Below, in pieces: positions 1 through 8,429 of a DNA stretch of 25,874 nucleotides (position 1 is its first letter; each line of letters opens with the position of its first letter). The position numbers and the translations under genes were made by a program. The notes under the pieces were generated by a model. The model was not told where the DNA came from. It did not search any database and saw nothing but the letters and a program-made list of their open reading frames with translations. Where the stretch lies: IMG/VR virus record IMGVR_UViG_3300024518_000883, positions 1 to 25,874 of that record. One strand, written 5' to 3'. This stretch comes from a virus. Its lineage: Duplodnaviria; Caudoviricetes.

Positions 1-111
1 TGGAACACTACCCGCAGACCTGCCATTTGTGAACGTTTCCCAAGTTCCAATTGATCTAAGGTTAATAGCTTTGGCCAATATCCCATCAAGCAATCCCGGA
101 GCAATTAACAC
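1..111 (-). CDS. Partial CDS (N-terminus only), probable tail-associated protein
   Basis: GTG overlaps the TAG of the upstream gene (TAGTG at 109-113). The frame MLIAPGLLDGILAKAINLRSIGTWETFTNGRSAGSVP stays open to the window edge. Function is inferred from position only. Confidence 0.5.
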   Translation of the reverse strand, partial: MLIAPGLLDGILAKAINLRSIGTWETFTNGRSAGSVP

Positions 112-530
112 TACACCAAACCCCGATCTGCTGAAAATATATAAGTTCCATTAGCCACTACCGGACTGCCACTAACATCACTCGATATGCTGAATGTTAC
201 GGCGCTATTTTTTTCACCATTTCTGTTCATCTGCAAGTCGTATTCGCGATCAGTACTCAATACCAAAGGACCAGCACCGGCATCAGTCGTTAAAAAACCT
301 GTATCAATCGATCGCGATATCCAATAACCACTCGCCGCTCCTGCAACCAACCAGGTGCCTACGACTTGCCACGCTCCTGCAAAAGTTCTGGCATATATAG
401 ACCCATCGGCGTCGAATTTACAGCCTGAGAATATTGTCCCGGTTTCACCAGTACGTTCAAAAATAATACCCGATGGAACCTGCACAACAGCAGGTGCGGT
501 CCCGGAAGGTATGAAAAGCGTCAGGCTCAT
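111..530 (-). CDS. Hypothetical beta-rich tail/receptor-binding accessory protein (139 aa)
   Basis: ATGA overlap with the tail fibre gene; G/S/T-rich with a beta-strand pattern. Confidence 0.6.
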   Translation of the reverse strand: MSLTLFIPSGTAPAVVQVPSGIIFERTGETGTIFSGCKFDADGSIYARTFAGAWQVVGTWLVAGAASGYWISRSIDTGFLTTDAGAGPLVLSTDREYDLQMNRNGEKNSAVTFSISSDVSGSPVVANGTYIFSADRGLV

Positions 531-1336
531 GCGGATCCGTACGCTTGTCCGAACTCGCCAAACCAGGCGGTGCCGGCGTCTGATGTGGTCAAAGTATATT
601 TATCCACCGCATCGTTAGTCACTGTCTGTGTGGGGCTGGACCCACCTGCCCATGAAACAGAGGCAGGCCATGTGACTGTATAAGCACCACCTGCACCGCC
701 CTGCTGAATACGAACTATAATCTGGCACAGGGAATTTGTCGGTGATGGATTTGACAGTGTGAATGTGGTGTTTTCTGTAAGCAGATGATAGAACGAATTA
801 CCAGTGGAGCAATCTGCAGTAATCGCATTCAATGTCGAGGTGATGGCATTGTGAGTGATGCTGAAGTCCTGTATCTCAGGACGCTGAATAATATTATCTG
901 CCATTAACAAACTTGCACTGAAAGTCCAGTTTGCACTGATTGTCTCGGTGGTGGCGTTTCTTGGAAAGTTCGCGCCGATGTCTGCAAGTACAGTCTCGAC
1001 CTCTGTGCCGGCGTAATATCCACCTGCATCGACTACCAAAATATCAGATGATGTTAATGGAGTGCCGTAGGGATCGGTATCATCCAGAACTGCACCTGCA
1101 GATGCCTCGGTGATAATGGACCGGTAGGTTATGGCTGGATCCAGATAGATAGGTGCGAACTGACCCGCAGCATCTGCAACTACCGGATTTGCGTGTGGGG
1201 TTGTTCGGGCACTATCGGTGTAGCTATTTGTTCTCGTCGTAGTGCCAGTCAGGTAGAAATTAGCCTCTGCCAACGCATAAGGAGTGCCCGTGCTGTTTAC
1301 ACGGACAGCCTGTGGTAGGTGAAATAATTGACTCAT
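527..1336 (-). CDS. Tail fibre/tailspike with N-terminal head-binding-type domain
   Basis: The N-terminus (FYLTGTTT..YTDSARTTPHANPVVADAAGQF) is typical of podovirus tailspike anchor domains. The C-terminal TFTLSNP..IQQGGAGGAYTVTWPASVSW module is common in tail fibres. It follows the ejection genes, as P22 gene 9 does. Confidence 0.75.
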   Translation of the reverse strand: MSQLFHLPQAVRVNSTGTPYALAEANFYLTGTTTRTNSYTDSARTTPHANPVVADAAGQFAPIYLDPAITYRSIITEASAGAVLDDTDPYGTPLTSSDILVVDAGGYYAGTEVETVLADIGANFPRNATTETISANWTFSASLLMADNIIQRPEIQDFSITHNAITSTLNAITADCSTGNSFYHLLTENTTFTLSNPSPTNSLCQIIVRIQQGGAGGAYTVTWPASVSWAGGSSPTQTVTNDAVDKYTLTTSDAGTAWFGEFGQAYGSA

Positions 1337-3633
1337 TGGTTGTCCTCATCGAATAGCGCCACTATACCAGCAGCACGAATGCGAGCTTGTTGTGGAATTG
1401 GTTGCGTCTTAATCCAGTCTGCCCACGACTTGGAATCAACTAAAATTTTGTTGGCCGCCTCGACCTTGCCAGCAGCGTACTCAATTATTGCTCGACGCAA
1501 GGCAGGATCCGATAACAAGTTTGCACCAGCAGTCAATCGTGCCGTTGCCTGTGCTTGCTTCTGATCTTTGGTCCTGCGGAACATTGTCGATACCCATTCA
1601 CCCATGACCGGAACCCGACCAGTGGTCTTGTCAATTGCTCCACCAAATATCTTATCCAGGAACCCTGGGTCTTCAAGTTTCCTGATGATGTACTGAGTGA
1701 CAGCAGTACCAGACGGGTTCGATAACGACCGATCCATCATGCGATAGAATCCTGATGCTGCCTCACCAATATTCATGAACGTCTTTCTTGACTCCGGTGG
1801 AAGTTCTTTGAATAGTCTGTCACGCAATTTCGGATCACGCTTGATCTTCAGGAAGTTATCAAGGAACGACTCAGACAACCTTGTACCCTTTCCTGCAGTG
1901 AATAAAACAGTTGTGAGTGCCTGTGCTGCTGCTGCACTGCGCTGGTCTACAGGTAGGTCATCGAACAGTTGGTCCCACTTCTTAACGTCACCATCCATCA
2001 AAGACCGTGTTGCTGTTTTCAGTCTGGTCACAACGGACTGATTCAACCTAGCACCGCCGACACGCTTCATTGATTCCTCAAGTGCTTTTCGGCCTATAGT
2101 CAGATTGTTCGTAGACCTCCAAAGTTCGCCGTAATTGTTGCCTATTGCTACCCTTCCCTGCGCCTCTGCCATCTGTCTATAAAGAAAGTCCAACTCCCCG
2201 GCATCAGCACCACGGAAATCGTCCATACCATCCATGCCACGACCGAGTTTTCTACGGAAAGCATCTATAGCCGCGTACTTGGGTTCAGTGTATTGCCACT
2301 CGTAAGTGACATCAGTAATCTCTTTGCCTTCGTGCATGCGTTTAGTTTCTACCGGCACTCGTTCGTGAGTCATACGAAACAACTCACGGTCGTGCTTCGA
2401 TACACTCAACAAACCATCCTCAATATTTCCGCGCCGGCCTGCATCAGTTACACGTTCGTACACCCCCCTGGCAGCATCCTCAAGGTCCATTGGTGAACCG
2501 CGGGGAATCTTCTCTCGAAGCTCATCCCATCCAGCCTTTTCACGCCTAACGTAGCCAGCATGAATATCATCGTATGCAGTCTCGATATTATCTGCCATCG
2601 TTGCAGGACTATTGGGATCACCACCAGAATCCTTGACTAATTTCTCTGCTCTTGCTGTGAGTTCACCCTGAACACCCTTGTGTAGTGTTGGAATATTACT
2701 GTCGGCAACTGAACCCAATGCGGCCTCGGTCTGTCGAATTGGCATCGACTCAGAAACCATACCGGGTGTGAACTCAATATTGAGGTGCTCGAACGCAGCA
2801 ACAATGGCAGGATTAGCATTAACCAACTCCATTATTTTCTGCTTGTCGTTCTTCTTTATTGCTGCCCTTAACTGATTGAGAATCGTTCCTTCAGGTGCGC
2901 CTGGTGGTGCGCCCCTTCTTGGGGCCGGTATGTCCGGGGATCCAACACCACCAAACCCAGGTTCTGGCATGTCTGGTGCGATGCTTTTTCTTGGAGTACG
3001 AACCGGACCCTTCTTCACCGGGAATCCAGCAGCAGCAAGTTCTGGCAACATTTGAACTATAGTTGCAACCCACGGATTTCCAGTTACCTGGAATGCCCCC
3101 TCACCCAGTGCGTTTGGTTGGTCCATGTAATCCTGCATTGACAGTGATGCCTCTTCAGGACTTGCACCAGCAACTCGAGCACCAGCATAGGCAGCAGGGG
3201 ATCCAGTCTTCTTGACTTCTTCAACAACATTTTCCATGCCGGCACCGACACCCTTCACGCCCCACTGACCACCGAGCGTTCTCGGTTCATAAGTAAAGTC
3301 AGGAACAGCCTCAAGCCACTTGTTACCAACAGCATTTGGAGTTTCGTTGTCATCTTCGGCAAGACCAACACCCTCGAATGCACCCTCGATAAGTCCAGCA
3401 CCAGTACCAGCAATTCCAGCAACGCCACGGGCCGCTTCATTTGCAAGACCACTACCAACGGCAAGCATTGCCTCTCCAGCACCAACCGGGTCCACACCCA
3501 GGAACCTCAAGTCTTTGGCGGCATTTTCGGATTTGGATGTGTTGTCATCACCACCCCAATCCTCATCCCAAGGTTCTGACCCACCTTCGGCCTTAGTTTC
3601 ACCTTCCCAGTCTTCTTCCCAAGGTTCTGCCAT
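1333..3633 (-). CDS. Large DNA ejection/transfer protein (gp16 position)
   Basis: 766 aa; acidic EPW(E/D)EDW N-terminal repeat, then a G/A-rich region and a helical body; third of three genes between the tail genes and the tail fibre. Confidence 0.7.
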   Translation of the reverse strand: MAEPWEEDWEGETKAEGGSEPWDEDWGGDDNTSKSENAAKDLRFLGVDPVGAGEAMLAVGSGLANEAARGVAGIAGTGAGLIEGAFEGVGLAEDDNETPNAVGNKWLEAVPDFTYEPRTLGGQWGVKGVGAGMENVVEEVKKTGSPAAYAGARVAGASPEEASLSMQDYMDQPNALGEGAFQVTGNPWVATIVQMLPELAAAGFPVKKGPVRTPRKSIAPDMPEPGFGGVGSPDIPAPRRGAPPGAPEGTILNQLRAAIKKNDKQKIMELVNANPAIVAAFEHLNIEFTPGMVSESMPIRQTEAALGSVADSNIPTLHKGVQGELTARAEKLVKDSGGDPNSPATMADNIETAYDDIHAGYVRREKAGWDELREKIPRGSPMDLEDAARGVYERVTDAGRRGNIEDGLLSVSKHDRELFRMTHERVPVETKRMHEGKEITDVTYEWQYTEPKYAAIDAFRRKLGRGMDGMDDFRGADAGELDFLYRQMAEAQGRVAIGNNYGELWRSTNNLTIGRKALEESMKRVGGARLNQSVVTRLKTATRSLMDGDVKKWDQLFDDLPVDQRSAAAAQALTTVLFTAGKGTRLSESFLDNFLKIKRDPKLRDRLFKELPPESRKTFMNIGEAASGFYRMMDRSLSNPSGTAVTQYIIRKLEDPGFLDKIFGGAIDKTTGRVPVMGEWVSTMFRRTKDQKQAQATARLTAGANLLSDPALRRAIIEYAAGKVEAANKILVDSKSWADWIKTQPIPQQARIRAAGIVALFDEDNQ

Positions 3634-3636
3634 GAT

Positions 3637-4932
3637 CTATTCCCAACTACTGCGTTCTTTCGGGTTTCCACCAAGATACGTTCTGCCTTTGTACACATCA
3701 CCAACAGACAATGGTGTCTGGTCATCCAGAACATCATAGAAGTCTGAATAACTATAATTCACCTTGGACTCAAACCCTTTCAGGGTTCCATGTTGCTCGT
3801 AATGTTTGGCGGCAGCAACCTTGGCATTTGCTGCCTCCCTGATTGATTTAACAAGTCGATTGATTCGGATTGCGTTGTACTTCTCTTCCATCCAAGGGTT
3901 GTACGCTCGAGCAATTAATCGAACACCTTCCTTCTCGGTGAACTGAGCACCGAGAATCAATCTCAGGTTTCTCTGTACGACCTCCTCAACTTGCTCCCTG
4001 GCTTGCAGTGCTTCCGGGTTGGTCACTGACAACAAAATATCTGGTTGACTGGCAACCGCCCATCCTGAAAGGTCTGCGTTTGGATCGTTAAGTTCTATTT
4101 GCACTGCACCCAATTGCTCAATGCCCTTTATTGCATCCTGATACCCACCCTGCGTAAATGCGATGTATTCAGGTGCATAAGCAGCGTCAATCTTCTCTTG
4201 TGCAGTTGTTGGTTGACCGGCCCTTGAACCTTGCTCTTTGGCTTGTGCTTCTCTCTGGGTAAAATCAAGTTCTGCCGGTTGTGTTGATAATGGAGTTGAA
4301 CTTCCACCAGTACCATATTGACTTGGTACGCCAGCAATGGATCCATATTTTGGAGTTACCACCATCGCAGCATATTGTCGGTACTCGTCAGAATCTACAC
4401 CGAACTCATTACCAATTTCCTGTAATTTAGCCCAGTCCTGCATGTTTGAATTTGGGCCGCGCTCACGAAATCCGACTACATTAACCTCGCCGTCTAGACC
4501 GCGCTGTGCGTGTGGCGTATCTTCTGCAGAAAGGTCTTGCATCTGTGGTACAAGCGAGGCAATAACGTCATCTGCAGATCGACCCAGATTCTCAAATCCT
4601 TCCATGAACTCTCTTGGGTCACTACCCGCTTCTGGGATTCTGCTGACATCCATACCTCTTTGCATGAACCAGTCTGCAAGGTCATTACGGAATGAATCAA
4701 CAGGTACACCCCGATTCATCATCTCTATTCCGCGCCCTGCCATGACCTTCATCTCACGCGCAACCTTCAACCTTTCAGTATCATCCATCTCGGTTTTCAG
4801 ACCCTGATTTTTCATACGCTGGGCATCGTTAATCAGTGCGTTATTGGTCTGCATCTGGTTAGCGTTAACATCACGATTAGCCACATCCATCGGGCGGGCT
4901 ATAGGTCTTGCTCCTGGAAATTGAATAGGCAT
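3637..4932 (-). CDS. DNA ejection/transfer protein (gp20 position)
   Basis: 431 aa, Q/A/N-rich and helical; ends in VGDVYKGRTYLGGNPKERSSWE; P22-like synteny. Confidence 0.65.
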   Translation of the reverse strand: MPIQFPGARPIARPMDVANRDVNANQMQTNNALINDAQRMKNQGLKTEMDDTERLKVAREMKVMAGRGIEMMNRGVPVDSFRNDLADWFMQRGMDVSRIPEAGSDPREFMEGFENLGRSADDVIASLVPQMQDLSAEDTPHAQRGLDGEVNVVGFRERGPNSNMQDWAKLQEIGNEFGVDSDEYRQYAAMVVTPKYGSIAGVPSQYGTGGSSTPLSTQPAELDFTQREAQAKEQGSRAGQPTTAQEKIDAAYAPEYIAFTQGGYQDAIKGIEQLGAVQIELNDPNADLSGWAVASQPDILLSVTNPEALQAREQVEEVVQRNLRLILGAQFTEKEGVRLIARAYNPWMEEKYNAIRINRLVKSIREAANAKVAAAKHYEQHGTLKGFESKVNYSYSDFYDVLDDQTPLSVGDVYKGRTYLGGNPKERSSWE

Positions 4933-5586
4933 CTAGCCGCTCCACTTAAAACCATTGAGGCTGTTTGGGTCTTCTATTTCATCTATTGATTTATTTCTGC
5001 CAGCATAGCCCTTAATACCACCTATCAGTGAACCCCATGCATCTGCCATGTGAGAGGCTTGCTGGTTGGCACCGTAAAGACCAATCGACGCTTGATTCAC
5101 ACCAGACCTCCAGATGGAGTTTGTATTCTGGTTAGCGGCATTCATTCCTGCTTGAGTGGTATAAGCGGTTCCCTGTGTGCCAAGTCCTGCCCTGCCCAAC
5201 TGTCGGTCATACCAGTTGCCGTAATCGTTGGAGGCGTAGTTCTGTGAGTAGTCAACCAGTGCTCGCATGGCATTCCCACCACCACCTTTGACAGAGAATG
5301 CGTTCTCAGTGTTGCGAGTGCCTTCATCAAGCCTGAACTGGTATCCGGGAGACTTTTGAAAGTTAGCCTCCGGGTCATCCAGTTGAGCTAGTGCATTGGT
5401 TCCTGCATCACGCCACGGTGCCCAGTCATCTCTGGTCTGCTCGTATTGCCGGGTCTGTTCAGCAAGGGCTTTCTCTTCAGCATTCAGGATTCTAGTAGTA
5501 GCCGCCTGGCCTGCCTTTTCTGCCTGATTAGCCATTACCGCAGAACCTGCCGTAGCAACCACTGCCGCTGTTATCATTGCTGTCAT
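4933..5586 (-). CDS. DNA ejection/pilot protein, gp7-like
   Basis: Ala-rich hydrophobic N-terminus, EQTRQYEQTRDDWAPWRDAG, SPGYQFRL and NAMRAL..YSQNYAS motifs characteristic of gp7-like proteins. Confidence 0.8.
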   Translation of the reverse strand: MTAMITAAVVATAGSAVMANQAEKAGQAATTRILNAEEKALAEQTRQYEQTRDDWAPWRDAGTNALAQLDDPEANFQKSPGYQFRLDEGTRNTENAFSVKGGGGNAMRALVDYSQNYASNDYGNWYDRQLGRAGLGTQGTAYTTQAGMNAANQNTNSIWRSGVNQASIGLYGANQQASHMADAWGSLIGGIKGYAGRNKSIDEIEDPNSLNGFKWSG

Positions 5587-6032
5587 TTGTTTCCCTCCAA
5601 GCCAATCATACCACCGTCAATAATACGCTGCGCCTCTTCGGGGTTGTTGGTCACTATCTCATCCATTATCTCATCAACATCTGTAAGTTCTGTCGGGTGT
5701 ACAGTAATCCACCTGACATCCTCCAAAGCAAAACCAACCCGCTTGATCCCAGGTTTGGCTGTTTCAACTATCGGCGCCACTATCTCAACACTGCCACCAT
5801 TGGCATCAGGAATCAGCATGCGCCCCTCCAGGAATATAGAAATGTGCTCGGTCTTATGAATAGCCCCGGTACACATTACCCCCGCTGGTACACGCATTTC
5901 CCGCGTGTACAGCCCCGGCGTGAATCTGTGAATATATTCTATCTCGACCTGCGGTAAGGTCTTGAGATGGTCCTCAAGTTTGAATATCGCATCTCGCATC
6001 TGCCGACTGTCGGCTTTCTTTACAAGTTTCAT
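5583..6032 (-). CDS. Cupin-fold protein (gp14 position)
   Basis: HRFTPGLYTREMRVPAG..GAIHKTEH..LEG..AP..PG.KR..ALED..W.TVH is a cupin beta-barrel pattern with metal-binding His residues. Confidence 0.7.
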   Translation of the reverse strand: MKLVKKADSRQMRDAIFKLEDHLKTLPQVEIEYIHRFTPGLYTREMRVPAGVMCTGAIHKTEHISIFLEGRMLIPDANGGSVEIVAPIVETAKPGIKRVGFALEDVRWITVHPTELTDVDEIMDEIVTNNPEEAQRIIDGGMIGLEGNK

Positions 6033-6487
6033 GGCGACATACGTCCCGCTATCATAAACTCATCAGTGTCAATCTGAATCAATGTCACGGACCCGTATTG
6101 CTCATTGATGACTAATGTTGACGGTGTACGGATAGTGGCCCCACTCGCCACAACCGTTACTGTACCTGCACCGTACTGCAGAATAACGACCTGTCCATTT
6201 TCCCCGTTCAACCAACCACCCTCCACGGTAAAGTTAGTCGCGCTGGCGCTAATCGAGCGTAATATCTTGCCATCGTCGGCATCGCGTAACGTGTAATTGC
6301 CGTCAAAGTCTTCGACAATCCATCGTTGTTCAGTCGTGGTTGATGTTGATGTTGATGTGGATGTTGTGGATGCGCTCTCAATAGCAGAGTCAAGTGAGCT
6401 TGAATTAACCAAATCCTGGTCACGCATCCACTTTGACCACTCAACCAGGTTCGTTGGAATGTGTCGAAATGGCTTCAATCCATTCAT
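6029..6487 (-). CDS. Tail needle/fibre-like protein (gp26 position)
   Basis: Directly after gp10-like. Short N-terminal anchor (IPTNLVEWSKW), Ser/Thr linker, then a fibre-tip-like domain (YTL..AD.GK..QYGAGTVTV..QYGSVTL). Confidence 0.6.
   Translation of the reverse strand: MNGLKPFRHIPTNLVEWSKWMRDQDLVNSSSLDSAIESASTTSTSTSTSTTTEQRWIVEDFDGNYTLRDADDGKILRSISASATNFTVEGGWLNGENGQVVILQYGAGTVTVVASGATIRTPSTLVINEQYGSVTLIQIDTDEFMIAGRMSP
6339..6371. repeat. Short hexamer tandem repeat, (GTTGAT)3 plus degenerate copies, encoding a Ser/Thr linker
   Basis: gttgat gttgat gttgat gtggat gttgtggat is visible directly. Confidence 0.8.
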
Positions 6488-8301
6488 AATCGACCTCCCC
6501 TGCCCTCAAGCAAGGTGTCAATCACGGTAATGGACACAGGATCCGACACAGACGCTCTGTATGATCGCTGGGTGGACGAACCCAGATTAGTCCATACAAC
6601 ACGGGTCACACGCTTGCCCAGTGCGCCTAAGGGCTTGTCAGGCAGTGATGTCCACGTATCACCACCATCATCGGAGTACTGCAGCATAATCTTCGGGTCA
6701 ACACCCTGACCTGTCGTAGTTCCGATACCAGTTTCAAGGATAATCTCAAGCCTGTCGTGGAATGCTCTGCGACCTTCTGCGTATATCGGCATGTAAGTCC
6801 ATTCCATGCGTTGAGTCAATCCCCAGTCTTTATATGCTCCAACTTCAATTGCTGACCCTGTACCGGACCCTGCTCCAGTCGCTATAAAGATTACTCCAAC
6901 TGTACTAGACGCTGCGCCAATTGATACGAAATTTGTAGACCCAACAACACTGATTTGATAAGAACCACCAACAACAAACGAACCCGCACTGATAGTGGAT
7001 TTATCGCTATCAAAACTTAAATATCCAATCTTGTTCGACTCGAAATCACCGACCAGTTCCTTATTGGCGAATTTGGCGTGATAACGGGCATTCCAGTTTG
7101 GCTTCAGGTGCGTTTTGCGTTCGTGCCATGTAAATGTGGTGATATCCAATACCCACGTACCCTCATTCGCTGTCAGGACATAGAAGAAATGCCCACCCTG
7201 GTCGTATGTGAATGCCTCAAGTGTCGATACAGTTGATGCAGCAAGGGCTGTCTCAATGGCATGAGTGCTCACTCGAACGGGCGTTATGCCCTCAAGGCGA
7301 CGTACTGTGAAGTCATTTGATACCCAGTAGACACTATTGTCCTCAATGGCTACTGTAGCAGCGTTAAGGCATCCTTCCTCGAATGTGCCATTTATGATCC
7401 TCTCAAACGGTACACCAGCTATGCCTGTGTTCTGCCAAATCTCACCTGACTTTGAACCGAACACAATCAGCAATCTCTGTATTGCAATCATACCGACGAT
7501 CGGATCAGGATTTGTATCAGCATTGGCAAACTGCAACGCATCAAAAGATGATGCCGAACCAATATCTGCCAGGAAGAAGAACCCGGAATCAGGTGCCCTA
7601 AACAACAGAAAGTCATCAATGAACTCAACGTCGCCGGCCCCACCATTTGCAACAAAGTCAGCGTCGGTTATTTCATCAAAGGTGTCGATGGTATAAGCAT
7701 CGGATACATCCCAGTCATTGTCCGTGCCACCAACCAATGCTTCTACCGTGATGCTGAGTTTGTCATTAGCGGTTATCACGCCACTGGATCCATCCGTGGT
7801 ATTGGATATAGTCTCACCGATTAACTCACCCAAATCAGTTTGCTTGCTGACCGGGAAATCTGCTGTGGAGTCAATCATTACCGTGGCATTATTGGCAAGT
7901 CCTGTATGAGTTCCGGTCAGTTTGCCGCGCCAGTGATAACCCCTCGGCTCATTCACCACCACAACATGGGTGGTATTGGATGCCATATCGATCCTGGCCG
8001 GGTAGCCAACATTGCCGATTAAGGTTGCTGTACCTGCAGAATTGACCCAATAAAGCTCAGATCCTGATACAACGTACAGGTTCTCAGCCTGACCCGTCGT
8101 TAGCTCAATAGGAGCGGCGTACATGCCGCGTATGGGGCCGCTACCGACCGTTGTCCATGCTTTGATACCAGGCGCACGGGTAATCGCTACGGGGTTTCTA
8201 GCGTCAGGTGGGAGTTGCTCGGCAAAACAGTTCACCAGGCGAGATGAACTCGCTGGGCTTGAGCGTAGTTCGTAGGAGTGAATTGGGAGCGAAATCTTCA
8301 T
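6484..8301 (-). CDS. Tail hub / packaged DNA stabilization protein, P22 gp10-like
   Basis: RLVNCFAE..RAPG..GPIRG N-terminus, DALQFA..PDPIVG, and the C-terminal DPKIMLQYSDDGGDTW..LG..R..W.NLG..R.YR..SDP signature. Confidence 0.88.
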   Translation of the reverse strand: MKISLPIHSYELRSSPASSSRLVNCFAEQLPPDARNPVAITRAPGIKAWTTVGSGPIRGMYAAPIELTTGQAENLYVVSGSELYWVNSAGTATLIGNVGYPARIDMASNTTHVVVVNEPRGYHWRGKLTGTHTGLANNATVMIDSTADFPVSKQTDLGELIGETISNTTDGSSGVITANDKLSITVEALVGGTDNDWDVSDAYTIDTFDEITDADFVANGGAGDVEFIDDFLLFRAPDSGFFFLADIGSASSFDALQFANADTNPDPIVGMIAIQRLLIVFGSKSGEIWQNTGIAGVPFERIINGTFEEGCLNAATVAIEDNSVYWVSNDFTVRRLEGITPVRVSTHAIETALAASTVSTLEAFTYDQGGHFFYVLTANEGTWVLDITTFTWHERKTHLKPNWNARYHAKFANKELVGDFESNKIGYLSFDSDKSTISAGSFVVGGSYQISVVGSTNFVSIGAASSTVGVIFIATGAGSGTGSAIEVGAYKDWGLTQRMEWTYMPIYAEGRRAFHDRLEIILETGIGTTTGQGVDPKIMLQYSDDGGDTWTSLPDKPLGALGKRVTRVVWTNLGSSTQRSYRASVSDPVSITVIDTLLEGRGGRL

Positions 8302-8429
8302 CAGTATTATGCTAAAATTCCTGTATGAGTGCGTTGAACGCAGGGAGTACGTTGTGGCACGATGGGTAAAAACCTACTACGAGCAAGCCAGTATGATGAA
8401 ACCTCCTGCTGGTTCTGTATCTGCACGGG

